From NCBI GenBank assembly GCA_004022145.1, contig RCNU01000060.1: 9,579 nt of DNA; one strand, written 5' to 3'. This DNA is from Paecilomyces variotii (lineage: Eukaryota). A program made the position numbers and the translations under genes. Positions 1 to 9,579 of this stretch are shown here, one piece after another (the first letter of the stretch is position 1; each line of letters opens with the position of its first letter). The notes beneath the pieces are model-generated. The model searched no databases. It worked only from the letters and a program-made list of their open reading frames with translations, and was not told the DNA's origin.

Positions 1-8
1 AGATTATA

Positions 9-250
9 TCTTAATATAGATTAAGTATAGAGTATATATTAAATAAAGGTTAAGACAAAGGTTAATTTAGAGGTTTTAATTATTATTAGAGCTAGGTTTA
101 ATCTAAAATTAAATAGATTAAGCTAAGCTCTAAAAAATTAGACTTAAATTATATTTCTTAATATAAATTAAATAAAAAGTATATATTAAATAAAGGTTAA
201 GAAAAGATAGATTTAAAGATTCTAATTATATTTAAGGCTAGGTTTAATTT
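9..250. repeat. Degenerate direct duplication, ~147-bp period, two copies
   Basis: AGTATATATTAAATAAAGGTTAAGA occurs at 31 and 178, TCTTAATATA at 9 and 156, and GCTAGGTTTAAT at 91 and 237. Many differences between copies are G/A or C/T. Confidence 0.8.
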
Positions 251-663
251 AATACTATCCTAATACCTAAAAAAATTTAAACCTCTTTATTAGATTTAAA
301 TAGCTCTGCTAATTTTAATCTAAAGCATATATTAACTCTATATCCGGCATATATTATCTAAAAATTAAATATAGATTCTAAATAGAATAGAGCTTATATA
401 TACTATAGCAGAGGACTTTTATTAGAAGAAATAATAAAAACTAATTTTATTATTTAATTAAGAGAAATAATAGAATAAAGGCAATAAGAATTTAAATAAG
501 AAAGAGAAAAATTATTATAGCAGTTTATATAATAAATATATATATTTATATAGCTATAGTTATATAATAAATATATATATATATTTCTTTTTCCCCTATA
601 ATAAGAATAAATAAAAAAATAAAGAATATTATATTATAATTATTTAAAGATATAGAAAAATAG

Positions 664-756
664 TCTTTAAATATAAAAATTTAATATTAAACTAAAGTTT
701 AGTATTAATAATCTTTAAATATAAGAGCTTAATATTAAACCGAAGTTTAGTATTAA
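664..756. repeat. 48-bp-period tandem duplication, each unit with an imperfect hairpin
   Basis: TCTTTAAATATAAAAATTTAATATTAAACTAAAGTTTAGTATTAA (664-708) vs TCTTTAAATATAAGAGCTTAATATTAAACCGAAGTTTAGTATTAA (712-756). All differences are transitions. TTAATATTAAAC...GTTTAGTATTAA forms an inverted repeat in each unit. Confidence 0.85.
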
Positions 757-2738
757 GCATATACTTAGGGGAGAGCTAGGCTTAAATATCTATATATTTA
801 AGGCCTCTAAAAACTTATCCTTAAAAGAGAAGATTATAACTTATAAATATAAACTTAATATATACTCTATATATAAAAGAGAAGAACTTATTAATAGATT
901 TAGTATTATAGCTATTAGTATTATAAAGATATTTATAGCTATAACTATAAATATAGCTATACTTTAGTTTAATTAATATTTCCTTATTAATAGTATATTT
1001 ATTTATATATTTATTATAAGATATAGACTATCTGCGCTTTAATAGAGTTAAGGTAAGATCTATATTATAACCTAATTTAATATATATATAAGATAAATTA
1101 AAAGGCTATTTATTATTATTTTTATTATTATTATCTTATAATAATAAGATATTTTTAATCTATATAAGGTTAGTATATATATAATATAGGCAAGGATATA
1201 TTTACTGCGCATTTATAAAATAAAATTAATAAAGATATAGGATACTAGAATAAAGGCTAAAATTAGTTAAAGTTAATATTAGACATATACTAAATATATC
1301 TAAAAAGCCTGCTAAGAATTATAAGTTATATATAAATAATAATATAAATAGCAATATAAATAGTAAAGAAGATAATATATAGATTCTATTTATATATTAA
1401 TATATACTGAATTTATTTTTTAATAAAATTAGCTCCTATAATTATTTCTAAATTTATTATTAGTATAAGCTACTTCTTTATAGAATATAGTAATATCCTT
1501 AATTAGTATACTTCTTATACTAGAAGAAATATTAGCTTAATATAAGCTCTATATATACCTAAGACTTACTATAGTTTATAAATAAAATTAATATCTTATT
1601 ATTTACTAAGCAAAATATATTTAATTAGTATATTATATATTATTAATATAGCTCTAATATATATAGAATAGATCTTAAACTTATTATAGCCTAATTATCT
1701 TCTTATTTATAATTATATTACTAGTTTTTATACTATAGTTTAATATTATAGCAGATTAATATATATTTAATATATATTAAAGATAATAATATACTTACCC
1801 CTAGGTATATAATTCTTATATAATATTATAACTTTAACTATTAGTATATTATATATATATAGAACTTATATTAAACTTATAATAGGCTATAAATTAATAA
1901 TTTTATTATATATAAGTAGGCTATTTATATTTATCTATACCTAATAATTATAGAAGCTTAATATATACTTAATTAATTTTAAAGAAAAGATTTATATATT
2001 TCTATTTATACTTAAGATAGAAGATTTAAGAGTTAATATATAGGTATTTTCCTTAGCAATAATTACAGGCATTATTTATATTTAGCGCGCTTCTAATATA
2101 TATATAATATTTACTTATTAAATTTCTTATTTTTTTATTTAGCTATAGTATATAAGTTTAAGATCTATATTAGATTTAGATTAAAAACTAGGCCTATTTT
2201 TATTTAATATATGCTTAATATTAAATAAAGATATACTTACTATAATAATATCTGTAGTTTATTAGATTACTTGCTAATAAAACTATATTATAGATAAAAA
2301 GTTCCTTTAAATATAGTAGCATTTTTATAGTTATATAGCAGTAATATAAGAGGGTAAATTATAGTACTATAAAGGCAAGGCAAAGGCATTATTAAGAAGG
2401 TTAAAGATAATATAAATAATATAAACTTCTATATAATAAGATTCTAATATTATTTTAGCATATATTTAATAACTGCTTTTATATATATTGCCTTAGTAAA
2501 CTGCGCAGAATAATATTAGTTCTAGCTCTTTATATATATCTTAATATTGCTTTAATTTATGCTTAATATATACTATAATATAGCGCAGAGCATATGCTAT
2601 ATATAGTTCTTAATAAATATAGTTTATTGCAATATAATATAAAAACTTTATTATAAGTTATATAAGCTATATATATATTAAGCCCACTTAAATACTATAT
2701 TAAAACTAACTTAGTGTCTAAGCTAAACCTAGATTTTT

Positions 2739-2802
2739 CTTAAGTAGGCTGAGCTTTTTAGGTAGGCTAAGCTTAGCCCCGGCTGGGCTAAGCTATATCC
2801 CG
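2739..2802 (-). mobile_element. RIP-eroded DNA transposon terminus, left-type TIR in reverse orientation
   Basis: The reverse complement CGGGATATAGCTTAGCCCAGCCGGGGCTAAGCTTAGCCTACCTAAAAAGCTCAGCCTAC aligns to the MITE left TIR CGGGATGTAGCTCAGCCCAGCCGGGGACGAGCTCAGCCCACCCTAAAAGCTCA, with mostly RIP-type changes. Confidence 0.85.
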
Positions 2803-4863
2803 TATTCTTATATAACCCCTATATAATATTAGTATATGCAAAATATATAGTAAGAATAGATTCTAACCGGCAATATTTAAACTAAATAAGTATTGCAGAA
2901 GTTTTTATTTTTAAATTAAATAAGTAATTTTATCCTTAATATTTAAAGAAGCTTTAATTAAATTTAGAGCTTAATCTTAATACTTTTATTTAAATATATA
3001 TACTTTAAGAGATATTAAGAATTTATTTATAAGTATCTAATTAGTATATGCAGAATATAGGCTTAAGATATATATAATATATGTGCAGTTATAATAAGAA
3101 TATCTTCTTAATTAATTAGATCTATAAGTTCTTAAATAAAATTTTAACTTAATTTAGTTAATAATAAAAGAAAATATATATAATCTTTTTAATAAATAAG
3201 AAGGATAAAAGGAAAATAATCCTAATTATAAGGAATAAAAATATTAATTAAAATATTATATTCTTTATATAAGACTTTAAATATATTTTAAACATAGTTA
3301 AATCCTAGACTTATAATTAGCATATGCCTAGTATATATAAAGCAAATACCTATTATAAGTTATATACCTTAAAGTAGTATAATTAATATAGATATAAATA
3401 GATTAAATAAGAGTATTAATACTATATATCCTATAAGCTACTAAAATATATAGATAAGGTATATAAATTTAAGCTATATATATAGAGATAGCTTGTGTAA
3501 TATATTATAGTTTAAAATTACTTACTAATAAATAACTAATAAAAGTAATTAGTAGCTAAGGATATATTTAATATATGCTGAGATTAAATATAGAGTTAAA
3601 CTTATTTTATACCGTTTAAAGATTACTAAAGTTTAATTTAAGTATATTTATATTTTATTTTCTAGATAAAAATAATGCCCTGCTAATTATTAATTCTAAA
3701 AATAAAGAAATCTATTATATTAATTTTTAGTTTCTTTTTTAAAAAATTTACTAATAGAAGTAGTATTAGATATATAGCCTACTTCTTTATAAAGTATTTT
3801 AAAGATATTTAGTTTAATATAATTATATTTATAATGTTATTTAAGCATATGCTTTAATATATACTTATAATATTTAATACTGCTGCATTTATATGCCTAA
3901 TAATATATCTTACTTTAAATTTTATTTTTTTTATCCTTTTAAAGAAGTAAAAGAGATAAGATCTTATAATTGCTTTAAATATAAAGCTTAAACTAGATTT
4001 AAGCTATACTGAATATATGCTTATAATATATTAAATATCTATTTAAAATAAGATATAGATATATCTTTAATAAAAGTTGTTAAAATATTTAATAAATATT
4101 TATATTAAAATAGTTATAAGGTAAAAAATTCTTTTAATAGATAAAATATAAGATATTACTAAAATAAGTTATTAAATATTTAAGAATAAATAATTTATCT
4201 TAAATATTATTAATTATAATCTTAGAGATATTATTATAGCTAATAATAATGCCTATAAAAAAAATAGCCTCCTAGATATATTTAATATATATTTTGCTAG
4301 AACTTATATAAAAAGAATATATTTAATTAAGTCCTATATAAAGAGGAAATTTAAGATATATCTTAAATTTTTTATTTTTATTTTTTATATAAAAATAGAC
4401 ACTGCTTTAATTACTTATTATATCTTTAAACTAGTTTAAATATACTTTATAAAGGTTATAGTTCTATATAAATTTACTTTATAGTAAGTTAGTATCTAGT
4501 CTAAATATAATAGATACTAAATATATATTTAATATCTGCTAGGCCTTTATAAGAATTATATTAATATATTTAGATAGGAATATTATACAGTTATTAATTA
4601 AGAATACTATTAATTTAGCTATTAATTATAATTACTTAATTCTTAGCTATTTTTAAGTATTTAGAAAAAAAGTAATAGTATTTAGCTTTATATTAGCTAT
4701 TATATATATATATATTATAAATTTTAAAAAGTTTTATTATATAAATATTATTATTAATTCTTAAATAGGCTAATTTTATATTAATTATATAATTGGCTTA
4801 TGCTGAGCTTATATTTAATCTATATATAAGGTAAGTTAAGCTTAACTTAGCTAAGGATAAGCT

Positions 4864-4928
4864 CTAAAATAGGCTGAGCTCCTAGAGTAGGCTAAGCTTA
4901 GCCCCGGCTAAGCTAAGGTATATGCCTA
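4864..4928 (+). mobile_element. RIP-eroded DNA transposon terminus, right-type TIR
   Basis: TAGGCTGAGCTCCTAGAGTAGGCTAAGCTTAGCCCCGGCTAAGCTAAGGTATATGCCTA aligns to the MITE right TIR TGGGCTGAGCTTCTAGGGTGGGCTGAGCTCGCCCCCGGCTGGGCCGAGGTATAGGCCCA. Further degenerate GCTGAGCT-like motifs lie at ~4795-4863. Confidence 0.85.
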
Positions 4929-5408
4929 AAGAAGTCTTTAAGAAAAAATCTTATAAGCTTAAAGAATTAAATAATATACTTTTTAAAAATTTAATTTATA
5001 AAAATTACTTAAAAGGCTATTATTTATAAAAAGGTTAAAATAAAATACTAATTATAAGTAATAATATAATATTTAAGTAAGAAAATTAATAACTAAATAA
5101 TAATAATAATAATATAGACTAAATATTACCTAGATTAAAATATATAGTTATTATTCTAATACTCTCCTTTTAAAAATATTAGCTTAAAAAGAGAGAAATA
5201 GAAAACTAGCAGTAAAATAAATTTAATATTAAATAAAAAATTAGTTTAAAAGGAGAAGAAATAAAAGAATAATAATAAAATAAATATTAATACTATAATA
5301 AGAAGAGAAAAAAAGTAAATTTAAGATAAAAGCGTCTTCTTTAAGAAAGAGAAAGGATTTAAAGATATTTAATAATAATTAAAAAAGAAAAAAAGAGAGA
5401 TAATTAAA

Positions 5409-5477
5409 CGGGATGTAGCTCAGCCCAGCCGGGGACGAGCTCAGCCCACCCTAAAAGCTCATACCACCCAAGTATTT
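5409..5477 (+). repeat. Left TIR with three AGCTCAGCCCA-type sub-repeats
   Basis: AGCTCAGCCCAGCC (5417), AGCTCAGCCCACCC (5438) and AGCTCATACCACCC (5456). Confidence 0.9.
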
Positions 5478-5858
5478 GGGATCTCGGCGCACCCCAAGAA
5501 ACTTTGATTTTTCCTAGCCTATTTAGGCATAGTAGAAATATATAAAAAATATTATAAAATAATTTATATTTTAGTCTACATTATATATTAAAATTAGGAT
5601 TTTAGGATTTTAATTGGGTACGCTAGGGCAAGAGTTAGTAAATTACACATAGAAATTCGAAAATTATAAATCTTTCTTAGTTTTTTAATTCTTAAAAATC
5701 GATTTTTAGATATTTAATTTTTCTTTTTTTATATATATAAGATATAGGTTATAACCTATATAAATATTTAATTTCGAGTGAAATATCTTTAGGTTTCGAC
5801 TTTTAATAAATTTTTGAAGTTTTTAGTTTAAAAGCTCGGCCCACTTAAAAAATGGTAA

Positions 5859-5928
5859 AAATACTCGGGTGGGCTGAGCTTCTAGGGTGGGCTGAGCTCG
5901 CCCCCGGCTGGGCCGAGGTATAGGCCCA
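5859..5928 (-). repeat. Right TIR with three GGGTGGGCTGAGCT-type sub-repeats
   Basis: GGGTGGGCTGAGCT at 5867 and 5885, GGCTGGGCCGAGG at 5906. An additional inverted copy AGCTCGGCCCAC lies at 5833. Confidence 0.9.
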
Positions 5929-8900
5929 TAATTAAAAAATATATAATATTAATTTAAATATCTTAAAAAAGTCTATAAATAAAGCTAAAAATAGAAAATA
6001 TTAGATAAAGAATATAAATAATAAATAAAGAATTCTTATCTTATTATAAAAACCTTATTTTTTATATTATATAATATTATAGCAGAAGTAATTAAAGATT
6101 AAATTAAACTAAACTTAACCTTATTTTATTTTTTAAATATATCTTTTTACTTAGAAATTATTTTAAAGAGTTATTTTATAAAGATATATATTAAAAATAG
6201 AAAAAAATATATTAAAAATATAAAATATTATCTATTAGAATAAAGCTCTTTAACTTAGAATATATATATATACTATAGTTAGTAAAATTTATAAGCTTAT
6301 AAAAAAATAATAAGTAAGGCTAATAATAAAGAAGAGAAAGTTTAATTTATAAATAATATAATAGTAATTATTTTAAATTTTTAAAGCAGATATAATAAAA
6401 TAGCTAATAATTTTTATAATTTCTTAAACTAATAGGAGCTATTAGAAGAAATAAAAAAGAAAGAAGTATTAACTATTAATAAACTAAAAGAATTAAAAAT
6501 ATAAGTAAAAAAGAATTATAAATATATTAATAAAGGTTACTATAAAGCTATAAAGAAATAAGGCTAAGAGACTATAGATTAAGTCTTATTAATTATTAAA
6601 TAATTATATTAAACCTTAATAACTATAGGAAAATTAGCTTTTAATATTAAAGATTAAAAAATAATAGCTATATATTTAGTAAAAATATAAATTAATAGAC
6701 TTTATAATATTAGGAGATAAAGAATATTAATTAAAAAGAGCCTTTAACTAATTAATATTAGAAAAATAAAAGATATCTTAAGAAAAGCTCTTAGCAGAGA
6801 AAAACTAATTTTTTAAAAGCCTATTAATAAAAAGCTATAAAAGGTTAAAATAAAAATAAAGAAAAATAATCTTTTAAAAGAGATTATAGGAGAAAAAAAA
6901 TATTAAATAAAAAATTTAGATAAGAGCTTATTAATAAATCTAATATTAAATAAAGGAAAGAAAAGTATAAAAAAAAAGGAGAAAAAAAAAAGAGAATTAA
7001 AAGTCTTAAAAAACTAAAAAGGGAAAAGAAGCTTAAAACTTAAGATAAGGAGAAATAGCTAGAAAAAAATATAAATATAAAATTAGCATATCTATATTAA
7101 TAAAAAAAGCTATTATTAACTTAAAAAATAAAAAAATATTAAAACTTTTAAAGGAAGAAAAGATTAAACCTATAGCTATATATTAAATTTATATTAAAAA
7201 AGTATAAAATATAATAAGATTAAGAAGTATAGAAAATAATATCTTTAAAAAAAAATTAAAAATGCTTATAGATAATAATAATAACCTTAAATATTAAAGT
7301 ATTAATATAGACTACTAGAAATAGTTTTAATAAAAATAGAGATTTAATACTAACTTTAAGAATTATTACTATCTAGATAAGAGAAAAACTAAAATATAGT
7401 TTTAGCTAAATAGACTAAATATAAGTATTAAAAAAGTTAGAGAAGTTTTATAATAGATTAATTCTAAAAAGATTAACTTAATTTATAAACTATATATATA
7501 ATTATTAGCTAATATAATTAATATAAAAGAGAATATATCTATAAAAGAAGCTAAAGAAGTATTAAAAGTAGTTAAAAATATAAAGCTAGTAATAATAAAG
7601 TAATAAAAAAAGGGATTATTTAAAGCAATAAACTATTCTTATAGAAATTTATTTAAAAAAATTAAATAATTTATAAGTAAAACTTTTAAAAGTAAATAAA
7701 TAATAGAATCTTTTAATAAAGCCTTAAAAATTAATATAAAGACTTCTTTTTCTATAGTAAATCTAAAAGACCTCTTTATTAAGAAAAAAACTAAGTATTT
7801 AAAAAATATATAAAATGCTAAAACTATATAGTTTAAAAATAATTTAAAGGCTAAATAAATATTAAGTATATTTAGTAATAGCTAAGTTAAAAAAAGAATA
7901 AAAAGTCTTATTTTAAGAAGTTTTAAAAATATAGAAGATAAAAATAATATAAAAATTAAAAAAACCTTATCTAAAGATCTTTCTCCTAAGAAATTTCTAG
8001 TATTAAAAATAGTTTAACTATTTAAAGATCTTAAATTAATTAATATAAATATTTCTAATAATATACCTAGTAGCTTATATTATAAAGCTTAAAATAACTT
8101 ATATAAGGCTAAAAAATATCTTAAATCTAAATATAGGGATAGAAAATATTTTAACTTAAATAAAGAAGATTTTACCTTAAATAAAATATAAGATTAATAT
8201 ATCTAGTTAAATATTATAATAAAGGAGGATTTTAATTATTAAGAAGTAAATAGAGTTTTTTAAATTATATTCTTTAAAAAAAAACTAATAAAAAGAATAT
8301 TATAATATACTATTATAAAAGTAAAAGTAGCCTTTTATTATAAGAAAGAGAATAAAGAATTAATAGAGCTTAAGAATTTATCTTAAAGTATTCTTTAAAA
8401 GGTTATTACTTAAAATATCTAGGTTTACTTAATCTAATTAATATTATATAATTATAATAAATATAAGTTATAGATCTAGTATCTTAAGGAATATAAACTA
8501 AAAATATTAAATATAGAAACTATAATCCCTAAAGAAGTAATAAAATAAGGCTTTATAATCTTAGAGATTAAACTAATTATTAAAAATAAGTTTAAAGAAA
8601 TTATAAACTTAAAAGATATTATATTTAAGTAAGAAGAAGTAACTTTTATTAATAATTTATATTAGCTAATATTAGAGAATTAGGAAATAAATCTTAATAA
8701 TATCTACTATTTTAATTATAAGGAATAAGATAAGATAAAATTTAATTAAGAAGAATCTAAGCCTTTTAATATTTAAATAAATAAAGTTATAGCTATAGGC
8801 AAAGTAATATTTAATTAATTAAACTAAGATTGCTAAAAAATTAAAGTAAAGCTATATTTTATATTAAAGTAAAATATATTATTAGTTTAAGATTATCTAT

Positions 8901-9579
8901 AAAAGAAAGAAACTTAGCTTTATAAGTTAAAAATTTTAAAATATATATAATATTAGAAATTAAAGTATTCTTACTTTAAGAATAATTTATAATATTAAAA
9001 AGAGAAAATAATATAAACTATAATAACTAAAAAAAGCAGATAAGAGTATTTACTCTTAGAGAGAAGAAAGCTATATAATAAGAAGAATTAGTATAAAGAA
9101 TATAATTAAGTAAGAGGTTATATACTTTTATTTAAAGTCTTTAAAAAAGTCTATAAATAAAATAATAGAGAAAATAATATAGATCTTTTAGTTATTTAGA
9201 ATAAAATAATTAGTTTTATCTTTCTATTATTATTTAATATTAGTTTAATATTAGATTATTATTAGTTTACTATATTAGTTTATAATTAAAGCTTTTTCTC
9301 TAGCTTTACTTTAAGCTCTAAGGTTAAATACTCTTCTCTTCTTTCTCGATACTTACTCGCTTAAAGACTTTATATTAAGTCTTAATATATCTTCTTATAA
9401 TACTAGTAATATTCTAATAGTTTATTAATAATACTCTATAAAATTATCTTAATATCTTTTATACTATATACTTTAATAATATTTTAATATATAATATAAT
9501 TTATTCTAAATATATTTAATATATCTGCACTATTTTATAGAAACTATATAAAGTAAGCTTATATATAAAGATCTAGAAG

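Larger units (their letters stand above)
5409..5928. mobile_element. Non-autonomous TIR DNA transposon (MITE-like), 520 bp; superfamily uncertain (Mutator- or hAT-like by TSD length)
   Basis: TIRs at 5409-5477 and 5859-5928 match at about 59/70 positions by manual alignment. TAATTAAA flanks both sides (5401-5408 and 5929-5936; ATAATTAAA if the right end is placed at 5927). The interior is AT-rich and too short for a transposase. Confidence 0.92.
4930..9200 (+). pseudogene. Probable RIP-destroyed long coding region(s) of unknown product, interrupted by the MITE
   Basis: Strong A>T and G>C skew on + (GAA/AAG/AAA-rich) over ~4 kb. Protein-like stretches are broken by TAA/TAG, e.g. ELLEEIKKKEVLTINKLKELKI* from 6436 (frame 1) and a reading from 8111 (frame 2) containing KVKVAFYYKKENKELIELKNLS*. 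Boundaries and frames are approximate and no family is recognisable. Confidence 0.45.
1..9579. other. RIP-mutated AT-rich repeat block (fungal heterochromatin/AT isochore)
   Basis: CA and TG dinucleotides are nearly absent outside 5409-5928 and TA is pervasive. Reading frames I tried are full of TAA/TAG stops with almost no TGA. Spot-counted lines are 10-18% GC. This matches the CpA->TpA / TpG->TpA transition pattern of RIP in Pezizomycotina. Confidence 0.9.

Noticed and set aside
520..585. TA microsatellite-like duplication (also at ~1850 and ~4700)
   Set aside because: Low-complexity TA runs are the expected product of RIP.
1803..1812. Splice-donor-like strings such as AGGTATAT here, GGTAAG at ~1051 and reverse GGTAAGT at ~1793-1799
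   Set aside because: No exon frame can be supported, and short signals are uninformative in this DNA.
3740..4320. Possible MULE transposase motifs (FTN...F-like at ~3747, CxxH-like at ~3880 and ~4294)
   Set aside because: These need assumed frameshifts plus several reversed mutations. Such short motifs arise easily by chance.
5410..5423. GGGATGTAGCTCAG resembles the 5' end/A-box of tRNA-Ala (tRNA or SINE)
   Set aside because: There is no D-loop GG, no GTTCRA B-box at a suitable distance and no acceptor stem. The sequence is explained as part of the TIR.
5867..5918. CRISPR-like repeat-spacer pattern
   Set aside because: The repeats are 14 bp with 4-7-bp gaps and lie inside TIRs. There is no cas context.
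1..9579. Yeast mitochondrial AT spacer with GC clusters, or an AT-rich genome with an alternative genetic code
   Set aside because: Selective loss of CA/TG on both strands indicates RIP. No organellar genes are recognisable, and the GC islands are TIRs with a TSD.

Overview
Extremely AT-rich DNA (roughly 15% GC from spot counts) in which CpA and TpG are almost absent, CpG is rare and TpA is very abundant. This is the signature of repeat-induced point mutation (RIP), so the window is most likely an AT-rich heterochromatic block of a filamentous ascomycete made of decayed mobile DNA. I can support no intact gene. The clearest structure is a 520-bp non-autonomous DNA transposon (MITE-like, 5409-5928) with ~70-bp GC-rich terminal inverted repeats (TIRs) and a TAATTAAA target duplication. 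It is much less RIP-mutated than its surroundings. Two older, RIP-eroded termini of the same TIR family lie at 2739-2802 and 4864-4928, oddly in direct orientation. The MITE interrupts a ~4-kb purine-rich tract (~4930-9200) that looks like a RIP-destroyed + strand coding region of unknown identity. Short tandem duplications and hairpins occur in the first 810 bp. I found no convincing novel functional system; the best candidate for novelty is the TIR transposon family.
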